IMG/VR virus record: IMGVR_UViG_3300009161_006153
Span: 10,950 to 74,949 of that record
Direction: 5' to 3' (one strand)
DNA: 64,000 nucleotides
From: a virus
Numbering within the stretch: position 1 is the stretch's first letter; the number at the start of each line of letters is the position of its first letter. The translations under genes and the position numbers were made by a program. Positions 47,594 to 57,435 of this stretch are shown here, in pieces. The notes beneath the pieces were generated by a model that did not search any database, was not told where the DNA came from, and saw only the letters and a program-made list of their open reading frames with translations.

Positions 47594-49189
47594 ATGGCAG
47601 GTTTTAACGATAGCACACCACAAGGATCTCCTGTAGTACAGAGGATAAGGGACTCCCTTAAAAGAATTAGTACTTTTGGAATGAAATATGACGATATGGT
47701 CATAAGAAATTCGCAGGCTGTTGGTGTAACGGAGGCTGCTTTTCTAAACAAAAATAAATCCAATGTAGAGGACGAGGCTATGCTTTGGACTCTTGCCAAG
47801 CAGGATATTGCAACAAAGCAATTTATCTCTTACTTTGATAAGGATTATAAGGGTAAACGTGATTATCTCAGAAAATTTTCACTTAATCCCGAAATAGAAT
47901 GGGTTCTTGATACCTTATGTGACGAATCAGTTTCATACGATCCATCTAATTTCTTTGCATACCCTGATTTTTTAGACCTAACAGATATCAACGAAAAAAT
48001 AAGGGATGAGATAAATGACACGTACAAGAGGATTTATGATATCTGGGGATTCACAGATGATATTACGGCTTGGCAATATTTTAGACAATTTCTTGTTGAC
48101 GGATTTCTTTGCTTTGAAATAATTTACAATAATATTGGTGATGAAATTATAGGGTTCAAAGAGCTTGACCCCGTAACTATTATACCGTCAGTAGAAAAAC
48201 AAGCAGATGGGTCTTTTCTTAGCACATGGATGCAATATCCTCAAGATCCTAGGAGAAGAAGAGTTCTATATGATCCCCAGATTATCTACATATCTTATGC
48301 AAAGGGTAACTCTGTTTCCCGTGTAAGTTATGTTGAAAGACTGATTAGACCTTATAATATACTTAGAATCATAGAATACACGAGAGTGATCTGGTCTGTT
48401 ATGAATGCATCTTTTAAAATGAAGATGACCGTTCCGATAGGAACTAAATCACAACAGAAGGGAATGCAAACTCTAGGTGAACTGATGAGTATCTATAAAG
48501 AGGATATCCAGATGAACGATGACACCGGTGAATTGCTAGTTGATGGTAGACCCAAAATACAGTTCTATAAAAATTATTTAATGCCTTCAGGAGTAAACGG
48601 TACTCCACAGATAGAACCACTTACTATGGATGGTCCAAATTTGAACGATACAACTCCATTGAACTATTTCTTTGATAAATTCGTTCAAGAATCTAAAGTC
48701 CCAGCTTCTAGATTTCACGGACCTGACGGGGGAAATACATCAACTTACACTAATGCTGGGGACGGGTTAGATAAGGAGGAGATAAGATTTCAAAAATTTA
48801 TTTCTAGGCTTAGATCTATATTTCAAGAGGTAATGACAAAGCCTCTTTGGATACAAATGATAAAAAAACATCCGAGCTTAGAAAAAGATTTCATGTTTAA
48901 AAGTCAGCTTGGTCTAAAATACTTTTCAGATAATCCATTTAAACTTAATCAAGAAATGGACATCATTAATAACAGGAAAGAATCACTTACCTCTATGATT
49001 TCACTAACTGGTGATGAGGATAAGCCTTATTTTTCAGTTCCTTTTCTTGTTGAAAACTTCTTAGGAATATCTCGACAGGATTTAACAGCAAATGCAGAAG
49101 CTATTAAAAGAAAGAAGAAAGAGAAAGAAAAGGAAGAGAAGAAAGGAAAGGGTAAGGATAAAAAAGACGAAGGTGAAATAACTTTATAA
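47594..49189 (+). CDS. gp20: Portal vertex protein (gp20-like), paralog 1
   Basis: PEIE..LD.LCDE, FRQFLVDG, ELDP, SYVERLIRPYN.LRIIE, ESKVPASRF and EEIRF.KFI.RLR..F motifs. Confidence 0.9.
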   Translation: MAGFNDSTPQGSPVVQRIRDSLKRISTFGMKYDDMVIRNSQAVGVTEAAFLNKNKSNVEDEAMLWTLAKQDIATKQFISYFDKDYKGKRDYLRKFSLNPEIEWVLDTLCDESVSYDPSNFFAYPDFLDLTDINEKIRDEINDTYKRIYDIWGFTDDITAWQYFRQFLVDGFLCFEIIYNNIGDEIIGFKELDPVTIIPSVEKQADGSFLSTWMQYPQDPRRRRVLYDPQIIYISYAKGNSVSRVSYVERLIRPYNILRIIEYTRVIWSVMNASFKMKMTVPIGTKSQQKGMQTLGELMSIYKEDIQMNDDTGELLVDGRPKIQFYKNYLMPSGVNGTPQIEPLTMDGPNLNDTTPLNYFFDKFVQESKVPASRFHGPDGGNTSTYTNAGDGLDKEEIRFQKFISRLRSIFQEVMTKPLWIQMIKKHPSLEKDFMFKSQLGLKYFSDNPFKLNQEMDIINNRKESLTSMISLTGDEDKPYFSVPFLVENFLGISRQDLTANAEAIKRKKKEKEKEEKKGKGKDKKDEGEITL

Positions 49190-49193
49190 AAAA

Positions 49194-50843
49194 ATGGCAG
49201 GATTTTTAGATGGGTTTAAACCCAATCAATCAGCGTTAGGTAACATCTTAAGAAGTTTGGGAAAAATCTCAAAGTTTGGGATGGAGTATGATGACATGGT
49301 TGTAAGAAACTCCCAAGCCATTGGAAAAAGCGAATCCCAATTTTTCAACCAGCAGGGAACTGGGTTTACTGAAAATGATGCTTTTTATTGGACCCTTTCC
49401 TATCAGGACACGAGAGTAAGAAAATACATTGCATACTTCGACAAAGATTATATTGAGAAAAGGAATTACCTCAGAAAATTTTCATTGAACGGAGAGATTG
49501 AATTTATACTTGACACAATAACTGACGAGTGTGTATCGTATAGTGATCGTAATTTTTTTGCTACACCCTCTTTTGTAAATATAGGGGACATGAAGGATAA
49601 AGTGAAAGAAAAAATTACTGAACATTATAATAGAATTTATAACGTTTTTGGATTTCAAAATACTATTCTAGCTTGGCAAGTATTTAAGCAATTCTTAATA
49701 GACGGCTTTCTTTCTTACGAGATAATTTATGACAGCAAGGGAAAGGAAATAATAGGTTTCAAGGAATTAGATCCAACATCACTTCAACCAGCTGTAGAGA
49801 AGATAAGTGAAACTGAATATAAGCAATTCTGGATTCAGTATCCTAAAAACCCACAAATGACAAGAAGACTCACTAATGAGCAGGTCATTTATATTTCGTA
49901 TGCAAAAGGAAATGCTGTTTCAAGGGTTAGCTATGTCGAAAGATTAATAAGGTCTTATAACATACTTAGGATAATGGAAAATTCTAGGGTTATCTGGAAT
50001 GTTATGAATGCTTCTTTTAGATTAAAATTTATTATCCCTACAGGAACACAATCACCACAAAAAGCTCTTCAAACTCTTGGTCAGATAATGTCTAACTACA
50101 AAGAGGAGTATTCTATTAATGATACATCTGGCGAATTAACTATAAACGGAAGGCCAAAAATACAGTTCTATAAAAATTATTTATTTCCTGAGCAAAACGG
50201 GCAAAGCCCAGAGGTATCTACCTTAAATCCAAGTGGTCCTGATTTTAATGTCATGGATAACGTTCTGTATTTTTTTAATAAGCTCAAAATGGATTCAAAA
50301 ATACCTTATGCGAGGTTTGCATCTAGAGGAGCAACGCCAATTAATTCTCAGATTAGTATAGATGCATTGGAAAGAGACGAGATTAGATTTGAGAAGTTTT
50401 TAAGAAGACTTAGATCTATTTTTCAGGAGATATTAGTTAAGCCTCTCTATATCCAAATGTGTCTCGAATTCCCTGAATTATCAAAGGATAGAGCTTTTAA
50501 AACTAATCTTGGACTTGATTTTTATAGGGAGAGCGAATTTGAAGAACTCGTTCAACTTTCAAATTATAAAAAGAGAGCAGACTTTGTTACTGGACTAGGC
50601 GAATATAAAATGAAAATAGGTGAAGAAGAGGTACCATATTTTGACAAGGATTTCTTGGTTCAAAGGTTTATGCAATTAAGTCCGGACCAATTCAAACAAA
50701 ATGCAGATTACAAAAAGAAAGAATCTGCAGAGGCGGAAAAAGCATCTAAAGAAAAAGAAGGTGGTGAAGAAGGTGGAGCGGAGGGAGCAGAGGGAGCAGC
50801 GGGAGCAGCTGAGGGGGAAAAAGAAGGCGGAGTAACACTATAA
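49194..50843 (+). CDS. gp20: Portal vertex protein (gp20-like), paralog 2
   Basis: Same motifs as the upstream ORF, full length, with SKIPYARF and RDEIRFEKFLRRLRSIF. Confidence 0.9.
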   Translation: MAGFLDGFKPNQSALGNILRSLGKISKFGMEYDDMVVRNSQAIGKSESQFFNQQGTGFTENDAFYWTLSYQDTRVRKYIAYFDKDYIEKRNYLRKFSLNGEIEFILDTITDECVSYSDRNFFATPSFVNIGDMKDKVKEKITEHYNRIYNVFGFQNTILAWQVFKQFLIDGFLSYEIIYDSKGKEIIGFKELDPTSLQPAVEKISETEYKQFWIQYPKNPQMTRRLTNEQVIYISYAKGNAVSRVSYVERLIRSYNILRIMENSRVIWNVMNASFRLKFIIPTGTQSPQKALQTLGQIMSNYKEEYSINDTSGELTINGRPKIQFYKNYLFPEQNGQSPEVSTLNPSGPDFNVMDNVLYFFNKLKMDSKIPYARFASRGATPINSQISIDALERDEIRFEKFLRRLRSIFQEILVKPLYIQMCLEFPELSKDRAFKTNLGLDFYRESEFEELVQLSNYKKRADFVTGLGEYKMKIGEEEVPYFDKDFLVQRFMQLSPDQFKQNADYKKKESAEAEKASKEKEGGEEGGAEGAEGAAGAAEGEKEGGVTL

Positions 50844-50904
50844 TTCCAAAAACCTAAATCATTTATAACCAAGAGGAAAGTATATTTCTCCAAAATTTTT
50901 AAAA

Positions 50905-51912
50905 GTGGAAAAGAAAGTAAAGGATCTTTTAGCTGAAAGAAACCATTTTTCAGATATCAGAATTCTAGTTATTGGAGATGTTATGTTGGATCATTATCTC
51001 TACGGTAATGTTGAAAGGATTTCCCCGGAGGCTCCTGTACCTGTAGTTGTAAAATCCGATGAAAAGTTTTTCTTAGGTGGTGCGGGTAATGTTTTCTCTA
51101 ATATTATTTCTTTAGGCGGAAAATGTGATTTGATATCTGCTCTAGGTGAAGATCAGAATTCTAGTTATATTAAAGATCTCGTGGTAAAGCATAGCTCTGG
51201 TAGTTTTTTATTCCTAGACTCATCAAGAATAACTACTGTAAAACAAAGGGTGATGTCGGGTCACCACCAGTTATTAAGAGTAGACTCTGAAACGACCCTC
51301 GATATAGATGGGTCGGTACAATCAAACATAATTCAGAAGGTAAAAGAAATAGCTAAAAAATATGACTGCATAATATTGTCTGATTATAACAAAGGAGTTT
51401 TAACCCCAGAAGTTATAAGGACTGTAATAATGGAATGCAGAGAATTAAATATACCTGTTATAGCAGACCCGAAGATTAAATATCTTGATTTTTATTCAGG
51501 ATGTACTATCATAAAACCTAATTTTAAAGAATTTTTAAATCTGTGTGAAACCACTATCTCTCCTGACGATTTAGATTCGATAAGATCTTATGCAATAAAA
51601 ATAAAAGATAGGTTCAGACTGGAAGCGGTTGTTATAACACTTTCTGATAGGGGAATATTTTATCTAGACCAGAATGAAAATTTCATGGGAGAAGCTTTTA
51701 AAATACCAGTCTCGGATGTTTCTGGCGCTGGTGATACTGTCCTTGCAGTGCTTGCACTTTGCTATTCTATAGGATTAGAAAAATCTTTTACTGTGGATCT
51801 GTGTAACATCGCCGGGTCTATTGCTTGTCAAAGAGTAGGATCAGCTTGTGTTACCCTGGATGATCTCAATTCACATCCTCATCTGAGAGAGAAATATTCA
51901 TTCAAAAAATAA
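50905..51912 (+). CDS. hldE: D-glycero-beta-D-manno-heptose-7-phosphate kinase (HldE/RfaE kinase domain, PfkB family)
   Basis: VIGDVMLDHYLYG.VERISPEAPVPVV, GGAGNV, LSDYNKGVL, DPK and DVSGAGDTV motifs. No adenylyltransferase domain is present. Confidence 0.88.
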   Translation: MEKKVKDLLAERNHFSDIRILVIGDVMLDHYLYGNVERISPEAPVPVVVKSDEKFFLGGAGNVFSNIISLGGKCDLISALGEDQNSSYIKDLVVKHSSGSFLFLDSSRITTVKQRVMSGHHQLLRVDSETTLDIDGSVQSNIIQKVKEIAKKYDCIILSDYNKGVLTPEVIRTVIMECRELNIPVIADPKIKYLDFYSGCTIIKPNFKEFLNLCETTISPDDLDSIRSYAIKIKDRFRLEAVVITLSDRGIFYLDQNENFMGEAFKIPVSDVSGAGDTVLAVLALCYSIGLEKSFTVDLCNIAGSIACQRVGSACVTLDDLNSHPHLREKYSFKK

Positions 51913-51987
51913 TCTTTTCGAGATTAATTTTATTTCCATCCGTTTTCCTAGGATATTTTTTTTAATTTTAGTTCTATAATTATTTTT

Positions 51988-53319
51988 ATGCTATCAGAAT
52001 TAAAATTTCTCAGAACTCTTGAATCTTTAACTGGCGAAGGATCGCAGAAAAAGAAATCTTCAATGCTTAAGGATTGTCTAAATCATAGATTAGAATACAT
52101 CCTTGATATTTGTTTTAATCCCTTTGTAACAACTAAATTACATAAGATTTCTATTCCAGGAACAAGCACCGATTATACAGGTGATATCTGGGAGGATTTT
52201 AAACAACTATTAGAGGAATTAAAAAAAGCTCCAGCTGCAACATTATTATTGAGGGAAAGGGCAGAGAGATTGCTCTCTGTAAAACTAACTGATAACCCTG
52301 AGGAAGATCTGGAGTTAAGAAAAACTCTTATGAAGATTCTAACTAAAAGAATGAATATAGGGATCGGGGCTAAAATTATAAACAAAGCTATCGGGAGAGA
52401 GCTGATCCCAGACCCATCTTTAATGCTTGCTACTGATGATCCGGATACCCTTAATTTGTGGAGTGAAATATTCTGTGAAGAGAAATACGATGGCGTGAGA
52501 GTGATAGCTCTTTACAAAAACGGGGAGATCTCTTATTTTACTAGAGCTTTTAATGAATTAGATTCATCATGCTTCCCTAAAATAAGCTTTGATCTTAAAA
52601 CTTGTATGATAAATAGCGGACTTAAGGGTGATTGGTTTTTTGATGGCGAACTTACTGATCTAAACCGAAAATCTGTTAGTGGTAAGGTTACCCAGATTCT
52701 TAAAGGAACAGTTGATGAAAAAATAGAATCTGGAATAATTTTTAATGTTTTCGATTTAGAGGAAGCTGAAACACTTAATAACAAAATAGGGTTAATTAAA
52801 TATCTGGATAGAAGACAAAATTTAGAATCTGTTTGCAGATATCTCCCAGGAGGATCCCCCGTCCAAATAGCTAGAATGTGGCAGCTTGATGAACCCTCAC
52901 AGATAACTCCAATTTACAAGAATATAGTAAATCTAGGCGGTGAAGGTGTTATATGCAAAAACAACTCCCCGTATGAGTGTAAAAGATCTAAATCATGGGT
53001 TAAATTTAAAGAGGTGTCTGAGTGTGATCTTGTTATTACCGGATGGTTTCCAGGTGAAGGGAAGAGAGAAGGATTTATAGGAGGACTAATTTGCTCAGAT
53101 CTTTCAGGAACACTACAAGTTAGAATAGGTGCTGGATTTACTGATGAGGATCTAAGGACACTCAGTAAAGATCCTGATTCTTTAATCTCTAAAATTACAT
53201 CGGTTGAGTATAATGTTCCAATCACCGATAAAAATGGAAACCGGTCTTTATTTTTACCAAGATTTGTTGTCGTAAGGGAGGATAAAAAAACTCCAGATGA
53301 TCTTTCCCCTCTGTTTTAA
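51988..53319 (+). CDS. lig: ATP-dependent DNA ligase (T4 gp30-like)
   Basis: EEKYDGVR, FDGEL, FNVFD, GEGVICK, KRS..WVKFK and LFLPRF motifs. Confidence 0.93.
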   Translation: MLSELKFLRTLESLTGEGSQKKKSSMLKDCLNHRLEYILDICFNPFVTTKLHKISIPGTSTDYTGDIWEDFKQLLEELKKAPAATLLLRERAERLLSVKLTDNPEEDLELRKTLMKILTKRMNIGIGAKIINKAIGRELIPDPSLMLATDDPDTLNLWSEIFCEEKYDGVRVIALYKNGEISYFTRAFNELDSSCFPKISFDLKTCMINSGLKGDWFFDGELTDLNRKSVSGKVTQILKGTVDEKIESGIIFNVFDLEEAETLNNKIGLIKYLDRRQNLESVCRYLPGGSPVQIARMWQLDEPSQITPIYKNIVNLGGEGVICKNNSPYECKRSKSWVKFKEVSECDLVITGWFPGEGKREGFIGGLICSDLSGTLQVRIGAGFTDEDLRTLSKDPDSLISKITSVEYNVPITDKNGNRSLFLPRFVVVREDKKTPDDLSPLF

Positions 53320-53352
53320 GAAACTCTATTATTTTTTTCTATAAAATCTTAT

Positions 53353-54297
53353 ATGATACAAGAACTTTTAACCGAAAAATTAAGACCTAAGGAATTAAAA
53401 CATATGATTTTACCTCCTAGGATCTTTAAACTTTTTGAACAAGGATTAGGTCAAAACGTTTTACTCTGTGGATCCCCCGGATGTGGTAAGACTACGCTTG
53501 CTAAGATCCTAGCAAGTCCATTTCCTAGTCTTTTTATAAATGTTTCTGACGAGAGCTCTGTTGATACCATAAGGACGAAAATAAATGATTTTTGTTCTAC
53601 CATATCTGTACTCGATGGAAAATCTTCGAAGAAAGTTGTTATTCTAGACGAGTTTGATGGAGCTTCAGATCAATTCTATAAAGCTCTCCGTGGAACTATT
53701 GAAAAATTTGCTTCTAATGCAAGATTTATAGCTACCTGTAACTATATCAATAAAGTTCCTGACGCTATACAAAGTAGATTTGAGGTTATTGATTTTAATC
53801 CTGTTTCTTCAGAGGAGGAGAACATGCTTAGTGACGAGTGGGTAAAAAGGATCAAGCTCATACTTTCTAAGCTTCAGATCCAATTTGATGACCAAGCCAT
53901 AGAGGATTTTAAAAAATCTTTTTTTCCTGATTTTAGGTCTGCATTAATAAAAATACAGGCTTGGACTATAGAGGGTGTTAAGGTAATAGACTCGAATAAA
54001 ATAAAAGAGATTGGATGGTCTTATGAGGATCTTTATAATTTGATTATATCTTCTAAGGATCCAGTTAAGAACTATCAAACAATTTGCGGGGAATATCAGG
54101 GAAAGGTTGAAGATGTCATGCAGGCTCTTGGCGATGAATTTATTAATTGGATTATCAATAATAAACCGGATCATAAAAAGATTATACCAGGAGTTATCAT
54201 TTTAGTAGCAGAACATCAAGCTCAGAGAACACAAGTTATAGATCCTATGATATCCCTACTTTCCCTTGTCTTCCAAATACAAAAAATGATAGATTAA
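53353..54297 (+). CDS. gp44: Clamp loader large subunit (T4 gp44/RFC-like)
   Basis: EKLRP, GSPGCGKTT, VILDEFD, ALRG.IE, TCNY and SRF motifs. Promoter GAAAC-N17-TAAAAT at 53320-53347. Confidence 0.92.
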   Translation: MIQELLTEKLRPKELKHMILPPRIFKLFEQGLGQNVLLCGSPGCGKTTLAKILASPFPSLFINVSDESSVDTIRTKINDFCSTISVLDGKSSKKVVILDEFDGASDQFYKALRGTIEKFASNARFIATCNYINKVPDAIQSRFEVIDFNPVSSEEENMLSDEWVKRIKLILSKLQIQFDDQAIEDFKKSFFPDFRSALIKIQAWTIEGVKVIDSNKIKEIGWSYEDLYNLIISSKDPVKNYQTICGEYQGKVEDVMQALGDEFINWIINNKPDHKKIIPGVIILVAEHQAQRTQVIDPMISLLSLVFQIQKMID

Positions 54298-54299
54298 AA

Positions 54300-54833
54300 A
54301 TGAATGGAAAGAAAATAAAGAGGATCATTATAGCAGGAAAGGGAGCTTCAGGAAAGGACTATCTGAGAAAATCTATGGAGTCTAAAGGATTTAAATATTG
54401 TATTTCCCATACGACAAGACCTAGAAGAAATGATGAAATTGAGGGTGTCGATTATTATTTCATAAATGATAACAGAGCTTCTGAAATGTGTGACAACTCA
54501 GAATTTTATGAACATGTTGTATTTAACGGATGGCTATACGGGACATCTAAGGAAGAATTTAATAAATCAAACCTTTTCATAATGACCCCGAAGGGGATAA
54601 GCGGATTAAAAAAAGACGACAGGGAGAATTCATTTATTGTTTATATCGATATTGAAGATACGGTTAGAACTAAAAGGTTATCTGAAAGAAATGATGTGGA
54701 CATTGTGGAAAGAAGGGTAAAAGCAGATTTTTTAGATTTTTGTGATTTTGAAGACTATGATTTCAAAATAAAAGATCCAGAATTCAGACCAGATTATGAG
54801 TGGTGTAATTTAAAAATAATTGATAATGACTAA
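54300..54833 (+). CDS. gmk: Guanylate kinase-like
   Basis: GKGASGKD, SHTTRPRR..EIEGVDYYF and GWLYGTS motifs. Confidence 0.88.
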   Translation: MNGKKIKRIIIAGKGASGKDYLRKSMESKGFKYCISHTTRPRRNDEIEGVDYYFINDNRASEMCDNSEFYEHVVFNGWLYGTSKEEFNKSNLFIMTPKGISGLKKDDRENSFIVYIDIEDTVRTKRLSERNDVDIVERRVKADFLDFCDFEDYDFKIKDPEFRPDYEWCNLKIIDND

Positions 54834-55959
54834 TATTTGTATAGACGGTAACTATTTTTTTTACAAGACCTTCGGGGTTTTTACTGGATTTGATAAAGAT
54901 ACAGACCCTTCGAAAATACTTTCTGAGTATTCTCAAAGAAGTACTCTTATAAGAAAAGTAGCTACCGATCTCTGTTCATCTCTGAAAGAACTTCCAACCA
55001 GTGGAAGATTGATTTTCACTATGGATAGTCGAAGTTGGAGAAAAAACGTAGAAATAGAGGGTGGTGGATATAAATCAGCCAGGCATAAGAACGAGGAAGT
55101 TGACTGGAGCTCTTTTTTTGATCTTCTTAGAGAATTTGGTAATCATTTGGAGAAGAAAGGATTTATTTTTTCTAAAGTTGATAACTCTGAAGGGGATGAT
55201 CTTGTAGCTTTCTGGGTTAATAAGTTTAGAGAAATAGGGGAGAATACTATTATAATCTCAGGGGATCAAGATTTACATCAACTGATTTATCAGGATGAAA
55301 ATTCGTGGACATCCGTATGGAATAGCAATTCTAAAAGGAATATTTTATCCGTTGATGAGAATTGGAAAATACCTTCTGGGGTAAGTAAAAGAGTTGCAAG
55401 TGTTTTTGACATGGCATTTACTCTTTCTTCAGAGGCAGATAGACTTTCCGTATTACTTAAAAAATCACAAGTACAAAAAATAAACACCAAGGAATTTATT
55501 TTCAAAAAAATACTACTCGGAGATACTGGAGATTCTGTCCCAAGTGTTTGGGAGTATGAAAAAGAAAATAAAAAGGTAAGATTCACTGAGAAAAAAGTAG
55601 ACCAATTATATTCTTTCTATTTAGAAAGTAAATGGGCAAATTTAGAATTTTCTGAGATTTTAGAGGATAAAGAATTTTTACAATGGGTCAGTAGCATGGT
55701 GCTTAAAATTTCAAAGGATATTGATAGCTCAGAAAAAAGGGAGAAGGTTGAAAAAAATTATTTAAGGAATGTTTCCCTTATGTGGCTTAATAAGAAAGTT
55801 ATACCGAGTCATGTTACTGAAGGATGCCTTTTAGAAATAGATAGAGGAATGGCCTTGCCAAAAAAATCATTGATTTTTGATATGGTAAAAATTTTAGAGG
55901 GAAGTGACTGGATCACCCCTGGATTTGCACCAAAAGGATTCAACCCATTCGAAATATAA
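54826..55959 (+). CDS. rnh: RNase H / 5'-3' flap exonuclease (T4 rnh-like)
   Basis: IDGN, SWRK, YK..R, EGDD, SGDQDL.QL and GDTGDSVP motifs. Confidence 0.85.
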   Translation: MTNICIDGNYFFYKTFGVFTGFDKDTDPSKILSEYSQRSTLIRKVATDLCSSLKELPTSGRLIFTMDSRSWRKNVEIEGGGYKSARHKNEEVDWSSFFDLLREFGNHLEKKGFIFSKVDNSEGDDLVAFWVNKFREIGENTIIISGDQDLHQLIYQDENSWTSVWNSNSKRNILSVDENWKIPSGVSKRVASVFDMAFTLSSEADRLSVLLKKSQVQKINTKEFIFKKILLGDTGDSVPSVWEYEKENKKVRFTEKKVDQLYSFYLESKWANLEFSEILEDKEFLQWVSSMVLKISKDIDSSEKREKVEKNYLRNVSLMWLNKKVIPSHVTEGCLLEIDRGMALPKKSLIFDMVKILEGSDWITPGFAPKGFNPFEI

Positions 55960-55963
55960 TTTT

Positions 55964-56383
55964 ATGGAATTATTTGATATAGTTAAAAAAATATTTATTC
56001 AGAGTCAATCTGAATGGGATAAGGTTTCAAAGAATGACAAAAACCGAAATTTTTTCATGCTGAATCGGATTATGGGAATACAGTTCCCTGTTCAGGCGAA
56101 TCAATTTAATAAGTTGAAGGTAAATCCTCACCCAGTTATCGATTGGTGGCATGACAGTCTTTCACATAGATATAGTAAAACACCACCTTGGATTTTTACT
56201 AAAACCAACAAAAAAGAATCTTCTAAAGGGTCCTCATCTATAAAAGAGGAGGAAACGGAAAGATTTCTGATGCAATCCTTATCGATATCATCCCGTGATT
56301 TAGATTTACTTAAAAAATTTTATCCTGAGAGATATTCAAAATGGATAGATGACGTAAAAGATCAGATAGGTTTAAAAAAATAG
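55964..56383 (+). CDS. Probable clamp loader small subunit (gp62-like)
   Basis: MELFD, FMLNR.M, AN.FN and PW..K pattern resembles T4-like gp62. ATG 55964 used as start. Confidence 0.5.
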   Translation: MELFDIVKKIFIQSQSEWDKVSKNDKNRNFFMLNRIMGIQFPVQANQFNKLKVNPHPVIDWWHDSLSHRYSKTPPWIFTKTNKKESSKGSSSIKEEETERFLMQSLSISSRDLDLLKKFYPERYSKWIDDVKDQIGLKK

Positions 56384-56396
56384 AATATATAAGCTG

Positions 56397-56945
56397 ATGG
56401 ATAAGAAGTATACAAAAATAGTGGATAAGGTAATCTCTGGGTTAGACTGGGATGCAATTTTTGAGGTCAACAAGTCTTTTAAAATAGGTGTTGGCGAGGG
56501 GACACAAGCAATCGGTGGTATAAAAAGAAAAGCGTTTAGCCCTGGTATAACAAAGAATGATTACAAAGCTGAGTTAAAACATCTGCTCAAGCATGTAATA
56601 GAGAATGATATTGCTGAACTTTTTTATGGTACCTGGATGATATTTTGGACAAATTCTGATTGGGTACAGATAGAGAGCGATATAACTTTCGATGATTCAA
56701 GCGAGGATGACGGGATCCCACAGATACAGTTTGAAATAGATTCAACCCTGGAGGTAATATTCTCACCTCAAAGGATCATGGTTTTAGAAAATTCAAGCAA
56801 AGGTGGCACGATCAACGAGGATAGTGATGTCAATCGTTTGGAATCCATGCTTAAAAAAGCATTAGACCAAGAAAAATACGAACTTGCATCTAAAATCAGG
56901 GATATTATCATCCTACAAAAAGGAGAGCCCTACGAAGATAAATAG
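56397..56945 (+). CDS. Hypothetical protein with a C-terminal UvrB/UvrC (UVR) coiled-coil motif
   Basis: LESMLKKALDQEKYELASKIRDII. Late promoter at 56384. Confidence 0.65.
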   Translation: MDKKYTKIVDKVISGLDWDAIFEVNKSFKIGVGEGTQAIGGIKRKAFSPGITKNDYKAELKHLLKHVIENDIAELFYGTWMIFWTNSDWVQIESDITFDDSSEDDGIPQIQFEIDSTLEVIFSPQRIMVLENSSKGGTINEDSDVNRLESMLKKALDQEKYELASKIRDIIILQKGEPYEDK

Positions 56946-56949
56946 AGGT

Positions 56950-57435
56950 ATGAAGCATATTAAATCTATTAACGAGTATTTTGACCCTGGTGTTTTTGGT
57001 GACACCTATGGTTACGGTGGGGCAAATGGTATCTTAAAAATAAATTATAAACCATTTAATGACCTCTCTGTCTCAGTTGGGCAGGATCCAAATATAGAAA
57101 CCGATGTCAAAGGATCCGAGTTCAAGATTGGTGATGTTGTAATAGCGCAACCACTGAATGATAAGAAAAAACTTATCGGTGTAATAGTAAGGTCGTTCCG
57201 TGAACCAGGAAATAAGCAATATAGGTACTTTATTCAGGTCTATAACAAGGGAGCTAAAACCGAAAGAGTTATAGAGGTAAAGTCAGATTCCATTGACTTT
57301 GCAGAAGGCGGAGATCATGGTAATATGCAACAGAAATCTAGGGATAAATTTAATGAAATCCCACCAAAAGATTCCTACAATTCTAAGACAGTTTATAATT
57401 CATCTGAACTTGGGATAGAGACTACTGGGGGATAA
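56950..57435 (+). CDS. Probable head-packaged protein with an SH3/KOW-like domain
   Basis: MKHIKSINEYF N-terminus after late promoter GATAAATA (56937). FKIGDVVIA...GVIV. Confidence 0.6.
   Translation: MKHIKSINEYFDPGVFGDTYGYGGANGILKINYKPFNDLSVSVGQDPNIETDVKGSEFKIGDVVIAQPLNDKKKLIGVIVRSFREPGNKQYRYFIQVYNKGAKTERVIEVKSDSIDFAEGGDHGNMQQKSRDKFNEIPPKDSYNSKTVYNSSELGIETTGG

Noticed and set aside
47594-50843. Portal duplication as an assembly artefact or a split gene
   Set aside because: Each copy is full length with all motifs, and the two differ extensively at both DNA and protein level.
10028-53319. Inteins, group I introns or homing endonucleases in uvsX, helicase, terminase, portal or ligase
   Set aside because: Protein lengths and motif spacing are normal. 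No C...HN intein ends or LAGLIDADG/HNH/GIY-YIG motifs were seen.
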